64,000 bases of DNA from NCBI RefSeq assembly GCF_009914755.1, contig NC_060927.1; one strand, given 5' to 3'. This DNA comes from the human T2T-CHM13v2.0 reference genome, Homo sapiens. Position 1 is the stretch's first letter. Each line of letters opens with the position of its first letter. The position numbers and the translations under genes are program-made. The notes under the pieces are model-generated. The model was not told the DNA's origin, made no database searches, and saw nothing but the letters and a program-made list of their open reading frames with translations. Positions 1 to 11,640 of this stretch are shown in pieces.

Positions 1-1320
1 TTTATATAATATATAAATATATAAAAATATATATTTTATATTATATATAAAATATATAAATATATATTTATATATATATAATATATATAAATATATATAT
101 TATATATATAAAATATATATAATAAAATATATATATAAAATATATATAAATATGTATAAAATATATATATAAAAATATATAAATATATAAAAATATATAT
201 TTTATATTATATATAAAAATATATATAAATATATATTTATTTATATATATTTATATAAATATATATTATATATATTTATATAAATATATATAATATATAT
301 TTATATAAATATATATTATATATATTTATATAAATATATATTATATATATTTATATAAATATATATTATATATATTTATATAAATATATATTATATATAT
401 TTATATAAATATATATTATATATATTTATATAAATATATATTATATATATTTATATAAATATATATTATATATATTTATATAAATATATATTATATATAT
501 TTATATAAATATATATTATATATATTTATATAAATATATATTATATATATTTATATAAATATATATTATATATATTTATATAAATATATATTATATATAT
601 TTAAATATAAATTTATAAATATATAAATATATTAAATATATAAATATATATTTAATATAAATTTAAATATATATTTATACATATAAATAAATATATATAT
701 TTATATATATTTATGTATATATATTTATATATATTTATATATATTTATATATTTATATATATATAAATTTATATAATATATATTATTAAATATATAATTT
801 ATATATATATTTAATAATATATATTATATATAATATATAATAATATATAAATATATATTATATTTATATATATAAAAATATATAAATATGTATTATATTT
901 ATATATAAAAATATATAAATATATAAATATATATTTACATCTATATATAAATTTATATATTTATATATAAATATAAATATATATTTATATATAAAGATAA
1001 ATATATATTTATATATAAATTTATATATTTCTATATATAAATATATATTTATATATAAATTTATATATTTATATATATAAATATATATTTATATATAAGT
1101 TTATATATTTATATATATTTATATATATAAATTTATATATTTATATATATTTATATATATAAATTTATATATTTATATAAATTTATATATTTATATATAA
1201 ATTTATATATTTATATAAATTTATATATTTATATATAAATTTATATATTTATATAAGTTTATATATTTATATATTTATATGTAAATTCATATATTCATAT
1301 TCATATTTATATTTATATTG
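1..1320. repeat. Extremely AT-rich (TA)n-derived low-complexity tract containing a 25-bp minisatellite (~14 copies, 251-600) and 18-20-bp sub-repeats (~1000-1270)
   Basis: Almost only A/T. Unit TTATATAAATATATATTATATATAT recurs with 25-bp period across 251-600. Confidence 0.95.
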
Positions 1321-1956
1321 AAACCCGATACCTGAAAATATAGTAGTATTTCTTAAAGTGACACAGAAATGAAATTTGATACCTGAAAACATAATGGTAT
1401 TTAAGAAGTTACAGAAGTAAACATATTCTGAAATTAGAAGCTTGATCCCCTCTAGTCTGTATTGTCACTATAATGGGTTCTAAGCTATGGTTGATCTTTT
1501 ATAAAATTGAAAATTTGTGGGATTAATGTGTTGATAACACTTAGACATATCTGTGACCTACATCTAATCTGAACTATTTCTATTCTCTTCTACATTATAC
1601 TTATCACCAGCAATCTTCTAAAAGTACATTCAAGAATATGCAATCATATTTATGCATTATTTGAGCTAGATAAATGTTAAGGAATCATATAATAAATTCA
1701 TATATCATATATATGTAATCAGGTAAAGAATAAAAGTTATAAGGTTTACTAATAAATCAATTGTTAGTAATTCTAAAATTAATTGTATAGAATTTGTCAA
1801 CATTTTTATATCAATACTTGTAAAATTCAAATTAAAAATATTTAATGGTGGCTAGCATTTTTTAAGTGTTTAACAGGCATTAGGTGTTTTAGCTCCATAA
1901 ACTTGTTTCATTTCTACGACCACACTATGAGACAATCAATTACTTTAAGTACTTTA

Positions 1957-2785
1957 CATGGCTGTTATCAAAAAGACAAAAAAATGTTGTTGAGAATATG
2001 GAAAAAGGGGAATGATCATACACTGTTGGTGGGAATGTAAAGTTGTTCAGCCACTGTGAAAGACAGTATGGAGGGTCCTCAGAAATGTATGAATAGAACT
2101 ACGATATGTTCCAGCGGTCTTATTGCTGTATATATATGAAAAGAAAGAAAAGCAACATATCAAAGAGATATCTGCACTCCTATGTTTACTGCAGCACTAT
2201 TTACAATAGTCAAGATACAGAAGCAACGTAAGTGTCCATCAATGGAAGAATGAATAAAGAAAATGTGATATGTATACACAATGGACTACAATTCAGTTGT
2301 GAAAAAGAAAGAAATCATGTCATTTGCAGCAACATGGATGAAACTGGAGGTCATTATATTAAGTGAAATAAGCCAAGCACAGAAAGACAATGATTGCATG
2401 TTCTCACTCACAGGTGGGAGCTAAATAAGTGCATGTCATGGAAGTGAGGATTAGAATGGTGGTTATCACAGGAAGGGCAGGGAAAGGGGGAGGAGAGGAT
2501 GAAGAGAGCTTGGTTTATGGATACAAAAATATAGTCAGATAGAAGGAATAAGTTCTAGTATTTAATCGTATGGGGGAGAATTCTAATTAACAATATATTG
2601 TTTATTATTATATGTTTCAAAATAGCTAGAAGAATTGCAATGTTCCCAACACAAAGATAAATGTTTGAGATAATGGATACCTTAATTACCCCAATTTGAT
2701 TATTACACATTGTGTACATATATCAATATAGTCCATGTACCCCACAAATATGTACAAATATTACATATCAATATAAATATTAAAA
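1957..2785 (+). mobile_element. L1 (L1MA-type) 3' fragment: end of ORF2 plus 3' UTR
   Basis: Typical L1 motifs: CATACACTGTTGGTGGGAATGTAAA, GATATCTGCACTCCTATGTTTACTGCAGCACTATTTACAATAG, GCAACATGGATGAAACTGGAGG, TTCTCACTCACAGGTGGGAGCTAA, A-rich end. Confidence 0.9.
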
Positions 2786-3149
2786 GTAAGCCATTAATAA
2801 AATTAATAAAATAAGCCATTAATAAAATATTTTGCAGGTGAGGAAATTGAAACTTAGAGAGATTGAAGATCTTGAACGGATCCCCCAGATCTTTTCAGGG
2901 GTGCTGGACATTGACTCCTACGATTTTCACATCATGTGGACCTTGAACATTCTAAACACAGAGCCAAGAAGGAAGTGTTGCTGATAGCTCATTAACATTT
3001 AGGACACCTACACAACACCAGTTCATGTTAGAAATATGCAAACAGGATCCAATCCTGGTTAAGTATTCAATGGAAGTGATTTATCAATCAATACGAGTAT
3101 CAAATAGGTAAAATGACAGCATATGAAGCTACATAAAGGTATGAGGAAG

Positions 3150-3520
3150 AATATCCAATAACACAGCACTAAATCTCATAAAATTTCACTCCAGATCAAA
3201 GCATCAGCCCACAAACATTACAGTTCACATGGGGCTGCTGTGTCAAAAGCAGCAGCAATTATGCACCTACCAGACATTGGAAGAAAACCCAGCGGGGAGC
3301 ACAAAAAATGGGTCTATTTGCTAAATCACAATTCACCCCAACCCAGGGGAGTCTAAGATAAAACCCACTAAATGGAGGAAACACAATAACATTGAATGTC
3401 TTCACCATTATCAAGGCCATTAAAGGGATGTGAAAAGCACAACAGCAAACCACATTCATTAATAGTAAACTAGCCTTCGAGAAGGCCATAAGAACTCAGT
3501 CTCATAAGTAACTAGATGTA
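3150..3520 (+). mobile_element. Ancient non-LTR (RTE/L4-like) reverse-transcriptase fragment
   Basis: Manual translation FTPTQGSLR*...LNVFTIIKAIKGM*KAQQQTTFINSKLAFEK resembles RT motifs Q.GFR...DHIFT.....FID..KAFD. Confidence 0.45.
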
Positions 3521-5639
3521 CCTTAATTTAATTTAATTGGAAGGAGAAGTAGAAAGTATAAAACATTAATCACCATCTCAGGAATGATTTATTTTGCACG
3601 TATGCCTGCAGGGACAAGGAAAACTGTTTACTTTTGGTAGTCTTCCAATGCTTGCTTCCTTCCGTCTTGATCATCAAGAGGCTGCATTCATACATCTTCT
3701 GTATGTCAATAGTCGACAGGTCCTGACATGGCCATCCTCTGCTTTTGTTTTTGTTTGTGCAGCCAGAATCCACTAACATTCATGGGCAAATGGTGGTGAG
3801 TCTGGGATTTGCGATAATGCTATTATGCATCAGATCTCTGGGCCAAAAAAACTGATCTACAGACTGTACCAGATGCTCATGCTATTATTCCCTGCCCCCA
3901 TTATATAGGAATGGGCGGGCCCCTTTCTAAGAAAACGTGCCTTTCATCAGAAATCTGGCATTCTGAATTTCCTGACTGACACAGGTCAGTACATATATTG
4001 TGTTCCAGGAGTTGAGGAAATCATTTTACCTTTAAGAGTGATTCAGTTGTTGATCTAAGATATTGAGAAAATATAACTTCCACAGTCAGCTTTTTAACCT
4101 ACTTAGGTCGATTTGTGTCAAGGTTTTTGAAAGTAAACAAAAACTTTCAAACATAAAACTAAATCGAGCTATCCAGGAAATAACAACAATTTCATCCATA
4201 CACAGACCACCATGTATACACCATACACTAGTAAAATACAGCATAGCAAACCTGAAGTCCTGGGGGAATGCAGAGATGAGCTTAGATGTAGTGGAATGGC
4301 ACTGATTTAACCTGTTTAAAAAAAAATCAGAAAATACCCCAAAATAAAACTTAATCATAGAAAATAATTTATGAAGAACTGGTATTAGGTAATTGCTTGC
4401 TACTCAATTTTCAAAATGACCAACTCCAAAATACAATTTTTTGCTTCAGCCTTGCTGAAACTCATGTTTTGGGTGGAAGTATGCAAATTACATGTATTCC
4501 ACAATGCACATTTTTAATTGTATACAAATAAAAATCTTTCCTCTTACAGCTTTTGAGGAGATTATAAACATATTGTAACTACCCTATTATTGCTCAAGAT
4601 GCTGTTACAACTCTCATGAGATATAACCTTTAGAGAATTTCCTCCTGAAAAACTTCAGCAGAGGTTATTTTCATTTTGTTGGGTTTGATGCTTTGGAAGA
4701 GGACAGAAGGAATTCTGAACCAAACCTGATATTAAATTGAGGATCAGGATAGATGGGACCATATAATTTATACTGATAGATCTGGTGTTTTGTACAGTTT
4801 GTAAAGTAGCTCTGAAAAAAATTTCCAGAATGAATTCTAATCAAGTTTTGAGTAACAGCAACCTTCATTGGAATGAGTTGTTAGTTCTCAGATATATGAA
4901 TTCATTTTTGAAGAACAGCACTCACTGAGAACCATTTTTCAGTATGTTTGCTAAAAACTCACTTACCTAAAAATTATTCAGTGTAGCAGGAAACCAAAAG
5001 TTAGACATTGAGCTGAGGCTGTCTGATACGAACTTTCAAACTTTCCCTAATCTAGAACTAGTGATGTTTTGCTCAGGGATGAAATCTGTTTCCTGAATTA
5101 ATTCATATTACCCTGGAGCTATGTGTTAGAAAGCAACAACATCTTTTGTGCTTATAGTTAGTAAACTTCAACTCAAATTAAAAGTAGTATCAGTGTGCCA
5201 AAAATCATTGCAGGATGCAATGATTGCTCATGAGAGTAAACCTAATCTTTTATTAAAATGATACTGAGCACTTTTTACTTCCCAGGAAAGGAAGTCAGGT
5301 TTATTCTCTGTTGAAAATAAGAAAAATATTGCTGCTTCCAAACTACAGGTAGGATTAAACACTTTAACAACACATCTAAAAAATGTTTACCCATTAAAAA
5401 ATTCTAAAGTGCTTTTTAGAGTAGCAGAACTAGAATACCCTAAAAAGCACAAATTGAGAGTTAACAACAGTGTCAAAGTAAGACACACAACCAGTATTTC
5501 TCTGGATAAGCTAATGCCCATTTTGCCAAAAATCTAAAAATTCTCACTTTCTTCACCCAAATGTATTCAATTTCCTAACAAGGATGTTTCATATAGCCTT
5601 TGTAAATTAGTGCTCTTGATCATCCTGTGGTACCTGTTA

Positions 5640-6180
5640 TTGGTGTCCTGTCCAGCTCTGGCTTCTTGTGGGAAAGCTTCTATGCGTGCTAGAAGCAAAA
5701 GTGGCAGCTGGACCAGTCAAGTCTGTGGAGTGCCTGGCTACTGTCCCTAGTGCTCGCTCAAGTCTCACAGGGATTGCTGACATTGCCATTGCTGACACCT
5801 TAAACTTCTTAAGGAGATTCTGTTGGGAGGAAGAAAACTTACTTTGCATTCTTTCTTTGGTAATGCCCCATTCTAGGCCTGGAGCAAGAGCACAAGGACT
5901 AGGCTGAACATCAATTTGAGTGACATTTTCAATGCTCAGCCTCACCTTGCCATCCTCATCCTGGATTCATAGCTTTGATCTTTTACTGATGAGTTACTTC
6001 TTCTCCCTGAAAGGACTTCTCAACGCCCTGGACAAATGTCCTCAATCTGAACCTTGGCTGTTCTGTACCACCAGTAATCTGGAGCAGACATGCCTAATCC
6101 TGGACAAAACAACCTGACCCTTGATATAGTGGTTTCCATTAATAAGCTAGCTCTTTACTTACCATGGCTTTGTAACATCA
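5640..6180. mobile_element. Possible old LTR-derived segment (family not determined)
   Basis: GC-richer island inside a putative intron with no recognisable protein in any frame; composition is suggestive only. Confidence 0.25.
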
Positions 6181-6269
6181 ACATTGTCACTACCTATGAA
6201 GATTTTTACTTTAACCACTTAAGGCTACAAGTCAGATAAATTGTAACAAAAATTTTATTATAATAGCAA

Positions 6270-6450
6270 ATGCTAACGTTTGTTTTCCTATTGTAGGCCC
6301 TACATGGTTCTACATTGCATTTTACATTGATTAACTCATTTAATCTTTGCAATAATTTTTTAACATGGGTACCATTATTTCCCTCATTTTACTAACGAAG
6401 ACACGGGCACACGGAAATTAAATAATGAGTTCAAGCTCACACTAACTAGA
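6270..6450 (-). mobile_element. MIR fragment
   Basis: ATTAACTCATTTAATCTT...CCATTATTTCCCTCATTTTAC...AAGCTCACACTAACTAG is the reverse of the MIR core. Confidence 0.65.
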
Positions 6451-6599
6451 TTCAGAGCCTCAGCGTCTGATGACTAGCAAGAAAGGGGAAAGAAGAGGAG
6501 TGAAGTTTGCCTTCATTTTATTTTGTTCTCTAGTGTTACTTTCAAAAGCAGATAAGTAGAATTAAAAAATATTTCTCTCTCATTCAAATGATAATGCTA

Positions 6600-6708
6600 A
6601 CCAGCACAAAGGTCATGCCTGTTTACTCTCTCCATGGTATCTGAGACACCTAGTCTACCTCTAGTACAAAACACACACTCTATAAATATTTGTGAGATGA
6701 ATGAATGA
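6600..6708 (+). mobile_element. L2 3' end
   Basis: Ends ATAAATATTTGTGAGATGAATGAATGA, the L2 tail. Confidence 0.6.
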
Positions 6709-7685
6709 TGTAAAAACTTTTAGTTGCTTTTTCTTATGTGACCTTCATTCTTTTTTTTATTTGTCTTGTTCTTGTCAACTCGTGTGAGCTTATTTTAATT
6801 TACTGTAAAGAACTGAAAAGTATCTGGATTAGAGTAATTTAATAATCCTTGTCAATAACTCACACAGCCTTCTGTGGCTGTCATTGCCAACAGCGGATTG
6901 GGGTTGGTTGGGTAATGAATCAATTAAGAGGGTATTTTCCTTATGGGATATCATCAACCAGACTCCTCTAAGGTGTGTAATTAGGGGCACATTGAAATGT
7001 GGAATCCATATCTAGCTGGATGAGTCATAATTTTCACTGCTTCTGTAAGGTTCTTTACTGTATACTATTTTTTAAATTATTTCTTGCAGTGAGAATAATT
7101 TCAAAAAATAATCTCTTGTATGTTGTCAAAGCTGACAACACTGATGGAACTATGTGAGTTACATGAAATATGCTCATAGGGTGAGTTGCAAAGCTACTTA
7201 ATGAGTAGTACATATGAAAGTCATGCTAGTCTGTGACTCCTCAACCAAACCATGGCCATGTGGTACAAACTGTATTTTAGTTCTGATCTCGGTATTTGGT
7301 TGATTATTAATCCTATAACTCAATCCTAAACTAATTAATCATAAAACTTGATTTGATTATTAATCCTATAACTTGTTAAATGTTTATACATTTTGGCCAT
7401 CTTCAACTTCTTGGTTCTGAGACATCATGCTAACCACGTTCATTAAAAGAATAATGAAATGGCTTCATTTTACACAGTTCTTACTTTTAAACACTTTGAT
7501 ACCACTTAAAATTTAAAGACAAATGTTAAGATGAATATGTTAAAACTTTAAGACAGTACTTATAATTATTCTTGGGATTTGACCTTGATAATTCACTTAT
7601 GCTTACTGTGCCCTCTTCTCCACTTGCAAATGAAGTGACAGTCTCGATCCACTTTCCAGAGGAGTCAACAAAAATGATTAATTGA

Positions 7686-8005
7686 GGCCAGGTGCAGTGG
7701 CTCATGCCTGTAATCTCAGCACTTTGGGAGGCCGAGGAGGGCGGATCACCTGAGGTCAGGAGTTAGAGACTAGCCTGGCCAACATGGTGAAACCCCATCT
7801 CTACTAAAAATACAAAAAAAAAAAAAAAAAAAAAAAAGAAAATCAGCCGAGTGTGGCGGCACACGCCTGTAATCCCAGCTACTCAGGAGGCTGAATCAGG
7901 AGAATTATTTGAACCCGGGAGGCAGATCTTGCAGTGAGCCAAGAATAAGCCATTGCACTCCAGCCTGGATGACAAGAGTGAAACTATGTCTCAAAAAAAA
8001 AAAAA
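7686..8005 (+). mobile_element. AluS element with expanded middle A-tract
   Basis: GGCCAGGTGCAGTGGCTCATGCCTGTAAT...polyA; TSD GATTAATTGA at 7676-7685 and 8006-8015. Confidence 0.97.
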
Positions 8006-9188
8006 GATTAATTGAGCCTTATAGAGTACCTTAAAATATATAATTGCTTTGGATATAGGCAAAGCAAATAACAAATTCTAAAGACATGTTTAAGCATAAC
8101 TGGATGAAAAACTCAGGATGCAAATAGGGACCTGCTAATGCTGAACAAGGCAGAACATATTTTTGTGTCAGTTTTACTATTTTAAGTAAAGACTATTTAA
8201 TTATAAAAATCAATTTAATCAGCAATAGAGTGATTTTACTTTAGTGTCTAATTGTAGGGGTGCTCCATAGCACAATTATAACCTCCTGTTGTGCTCAGCT
8301 CAGGACCAACTGTAATAAAATGTGACGATAGAGCAGTTCCCTTGATTAAAGCACTTTAATAAATAAATGATAGCTAGATGAATTTACCAGCTAGGAGGGA
8401 AAAGGAGCAGATGAAACTGTAAATCCTATAAGAACAGCTTTATTATTCAAAAAAATTTTATGGATTATTTAAATTGTGCTCTCTAATTACAATGGCTGAT
8501 AATGTTTCATTTTGTTTAATAGCATTTGTTTTGATTGTATCATTATCACAATTAACAAGTTGCTCCAATATCTACCTTACAGTATCTTCCCAGTAATGTG
8601 AAGGATAATTGGATCTATGTGAATGTGCTTTTCTTTTCTGTCCCTAGGAGGAGATCATAATAGTCAGAAATCTGGAGAAGTTCCACTTGTAGAAAATTTA
8701 TATTTCATAAGTACCTTACCCCACTCAAAACATTTAAGATTTATCTATTAACAGTTTAATATTACACGTCCACCCATTCTAATTGCTCCCTCACAAATTT
8801 TAATGATTACACTTTTCTTTGGCAGTATAGCAGTAGAGATAAATTTTCAATTTTTTCTTCTTTTTTGGTAAATCCACTGCAGTGTAGAGATAATTTTAAA
8901 AGATTTCAGTCTTCTCACATACAAGAATGTTGGGGAAACCTCTGAGCTGACCTGGGATCCCAGTCTTCCAGCTCTGGTTTCAGAGGTTATAAATGGGGAC
9001 AGCCCTCACTTTCTCTCTTGCTTTGGATGGTCCCTTGGAGCTGATATTTATTTGTGCAACTTTCCTTGGTTGATTTCAGGGTGAAAAAAAAAGTCACTGT
9101 AACAGGAGTCAAGAAGGGGCTTAGAACCTAGTCATGTGAATATTTTCAAGTTTTTCTTGCCTTGTGTTTTTTCATCAAATGAGGGTAG

Positions 9189-9232
9189 GTGTGTGCATGT
9201 GTGTGTGTGCGTGTGTGTGTGTGTATGTGTGT
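9189..9232. repeat. Interrupted (TG)n microsatellite
   Basis: Direct reading. Confidence 0.9.
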
Positions 9233-9329
9233 ACTGTAATTATATTATAATCACGACCAAGTAAAACATCCTTCACCAGCTTTCATAGAGTAACTGCAGT
9301 TCCTGTAGAAGGGAAAACGGTGTTGTGCT

Positions 9330-9510
9330 ATAGTAAAAAGGATATGGGCTTGGTATTGAGAACATTTGAGTTAAAATTCCAGCTGTGGATTCACAGATAA
9401 TTAACTTTTATTTGCTTTGCAAATTCACTAAACCTATCTGAATTTGTTTTCTCATCTGTAAAATGGGAATAATACAAACCTCAGAGGGTTGTTGTAAATA
9501 TTAAGTATAT
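9330..9510 (+). mobile_element. MIR
   Basis: TTTTCTCATCTGTAAAATGGGAATAATACAAACCTCAGAGGGTTGTTGT core. Confidence 0.8.
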
Positions 9511-9937
9511 AAAGTATATGGAATATTATATGCTTGTAATAAGTTGTGTTCTCTTCTGCTTCTTTGTATTCCATTGTGGTGGCTTACCACAAACACAGGA
9601 ATATGAAAAAAAATAACATTGCAGCAGAACTATCAAAATAAGAATAATACAAAGGAAGATAAAACAATTAGGCTAAAGAAATGCCTAATCTTTTTTACTG
9701 TGACTAATTGTAGTACTTAGCTATCAGGTTCTTAATGGACAAGGGGACAAGAGAAACACACTAGGTTATATTATTGCCACTAGCTGAGAAAAAAAAAGAC
9801 AGATTTTTTTTTTCTGGACCAACATATTTAAAATTCAGTATTAAGTACTTTTACTTTTATTCTGTATCTCAGATTTCATTAAGTTTTTACTTAAAAGTTG
9901 AAGATGGATATTCCTGTGATACAAATATGGCCACCTC

Positions 9938-10254
9938 TTTTTTTTTTTTTTTTTCCGAGATAGAGTCTCGCTCTGTCACCCAGGCTGGAGTGCGGTGAGT
10001 GGCTCGATCTCAGCTCACTGCAACCTCCGCCTCCTGGTTTCAAGCGATTCTTGTGCCTCAGCCTCCTGAGTAGTTTGGACTACCGGCGTGTACCACCAGG
10101 CCTGGCTATTTTTTTTTTTTTTTTTTACATTTTTAGTAGAGACGGGGTTTTGCCATGTTGTCCAGGCTGGTCTCAAACTCCTGAGCTCAGGCAATCTGCT
10201 CGCCTCAGCCTCCCAAAGTGCTAGGATTACAGGCGTGAGCCACTGCACTGTCCG
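9938..10254 (-). mobile_element. Alu (AluS/J type)
   Basis: polyT then GAGTCTCGCTCTGTCACCCAGGCTGGAGTGC...GTGAGCCACTG; flanking CACCTCTTT duplication. Confidence 0.96.
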
Positions 10255-10416
10255 CACCTCTTTCTTTAAAAAAGGCACTGCTAGCAAATAAAGGGAATCT
10301 TGGTAGAAGATGTTTGCAAGGTTTGCACTGAAGCTTATTCTATTGTAGAAACGATAGAAAAAGAAAAGCTGACTAAATGAAGAACATATGACCAGCTGAT
10401 GCTTGTTTTCTTTCAG

Positions 10417-10607
10417 TTCAGTGAATTCGGGACTCAGTAACTCCATTAGTGACTGCACCCACATAGACCTTTTTCTAAAAGTCTCCACATTTGTCCAGTT
10501 GTTTCCTCCTTGGTCCAATGCCAACGCTCCGTCAATGCTATTGCCACCCCCATTCTGCCTCTTCCAAAAGCCTGCATCAGTCATGGAGTCCTCTTCACCT
10601 GAAATAA
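10417..10607 (+). other. Exon with intact splice sites: relic cadherin LamG1-end/EGF exon, candidate distal non-coding exon of ZPLD1
   Basis: Acceptor TTGTTTTCTTTCAG| and donor AA|GTAAGT; translation [12 protein letters not shown] then (frameshifts) CFLLG-QCQRSVN...FCLF-KP. Confidence 0.6.
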
Positions 10608-11474
10608 GTAAGTGTGAAGACTTTTGATTTTGACAGCACTCACCCACAACTGGTACTACAATTATAAAGAAAGGTGTAATGTTTTAAACTTTCTGACATA
10701 CATTAATCTTTGGATTTTTCCAATGAGTAATTGGAATTCCTGGAGATTTTCAGGAATTCTACAAAACATAAATAATCCTTGAAATACATTCCTTGTAGTA
10801 TTTATGAATATCTAAACACATTATTACAAAGATAAGTGAAATGTTACATTTTATATATTTACAAAGGGCTGTAGCTTATGGTGCATATTTAAATACTTGT
10901 GTATACACCAGTGAAGACTACTGAGTTATAGCTAAATAATGTAATATTCTGAACCTTAACAAAGTTAACAGCACTACACAGAATCATGTGCCAAAATCGC
11001 CAATGTTAAGATTTATTTTGCTGTCTAAACTTATTTCTTGGGACATCACTCACAGGATTTGTTTGAATTATGCTATGCATTAAATTTATTAATATAAATT
11101 TTAGTTGCAAGCATGATTTAGTTTTAGTAGTAGACAGGGCCATGAGCATACACTTAAAACAGGGCAATAGCTACAAGCAAGACACCTGATTAGATCATGA
11201 AACTTCTCTCCTCCTTCCTCTTGTCTGGTTCCCAGAAATGTCAACTTCAACCTCTCTGCTCTCCACTGGACTAGTAAACTTGACTAGTGGGTTTCTTCGA
11301 ACCGGTAGTGTCTCTGTGTTGATTGTTATGTTTTTATCTCTTGCAAGAAATCATCACATCTCATTTTCTCCACTCCTTGACTGATTTTTTTTCTCCCAAT
11401 GCAAAACACATAAATTACCCAAGAAATGCTGGAAAGAGATTCCTCATGATACTAGGAAATAGCTTCATTTAGGA

Positions 11475-11640
11475 CAGTAGTTTTCAACCCTTGGTGTCAC
11501 TTCAGATTCACCTGGATACTTTTAAAAAATACCTATGCCTGGGCCTCCACCCCCAGAAAATTGATGTAAGTGGGGTCTTTTTTTTTTTTTTTTTCCAAAT
11601 ACAGGTGGCTCTGTTGTGTAGCCATGTTTGAGAACTTTTC
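11475..11640. mobile_element. MER5A-like hAT-Charlie DNA element
   Basis: CAGTAGTTTTCAACCCTTGG...CACCTGGATACTTTTAAAAAATACCTATGCCTGGGCCTCCACCCC...TTTGAGAAC. Confidence 0.75.

Noticed and set aside
251-600. CRISPR-like array
   Set aside because: Head-to-tail repeats with no unique spacers, in eukaryotic DNA.
5637-5945. 102-aa minus-strand ORF as a processed pseudogene
   Set aside because: No recognisable parent protein, polyA or TSD; more likely old LTR-derived sequence.
6861-7020. FSLWDIINQTPL...RG as LamG1 core
   Set aside because: A much better match to the same motif exists at 4681-4749.
7091-7153. Reading as a cadherin EC motif (EN....LLYVVKADNTDG)
   Set aside because: Superficially fits 'xEN...V.A.D.D.G', but it lies between LamG1 matches, so the LamG1-loop reading fits the domain order better; ambiguity remains.
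10015-10647. 210-aa minus-strand ORF
   Set aside because: C-terminal third is Alu-derived ([16 protein letters not shown]...); the rest is antisense to the relic exon and resembles no protein.
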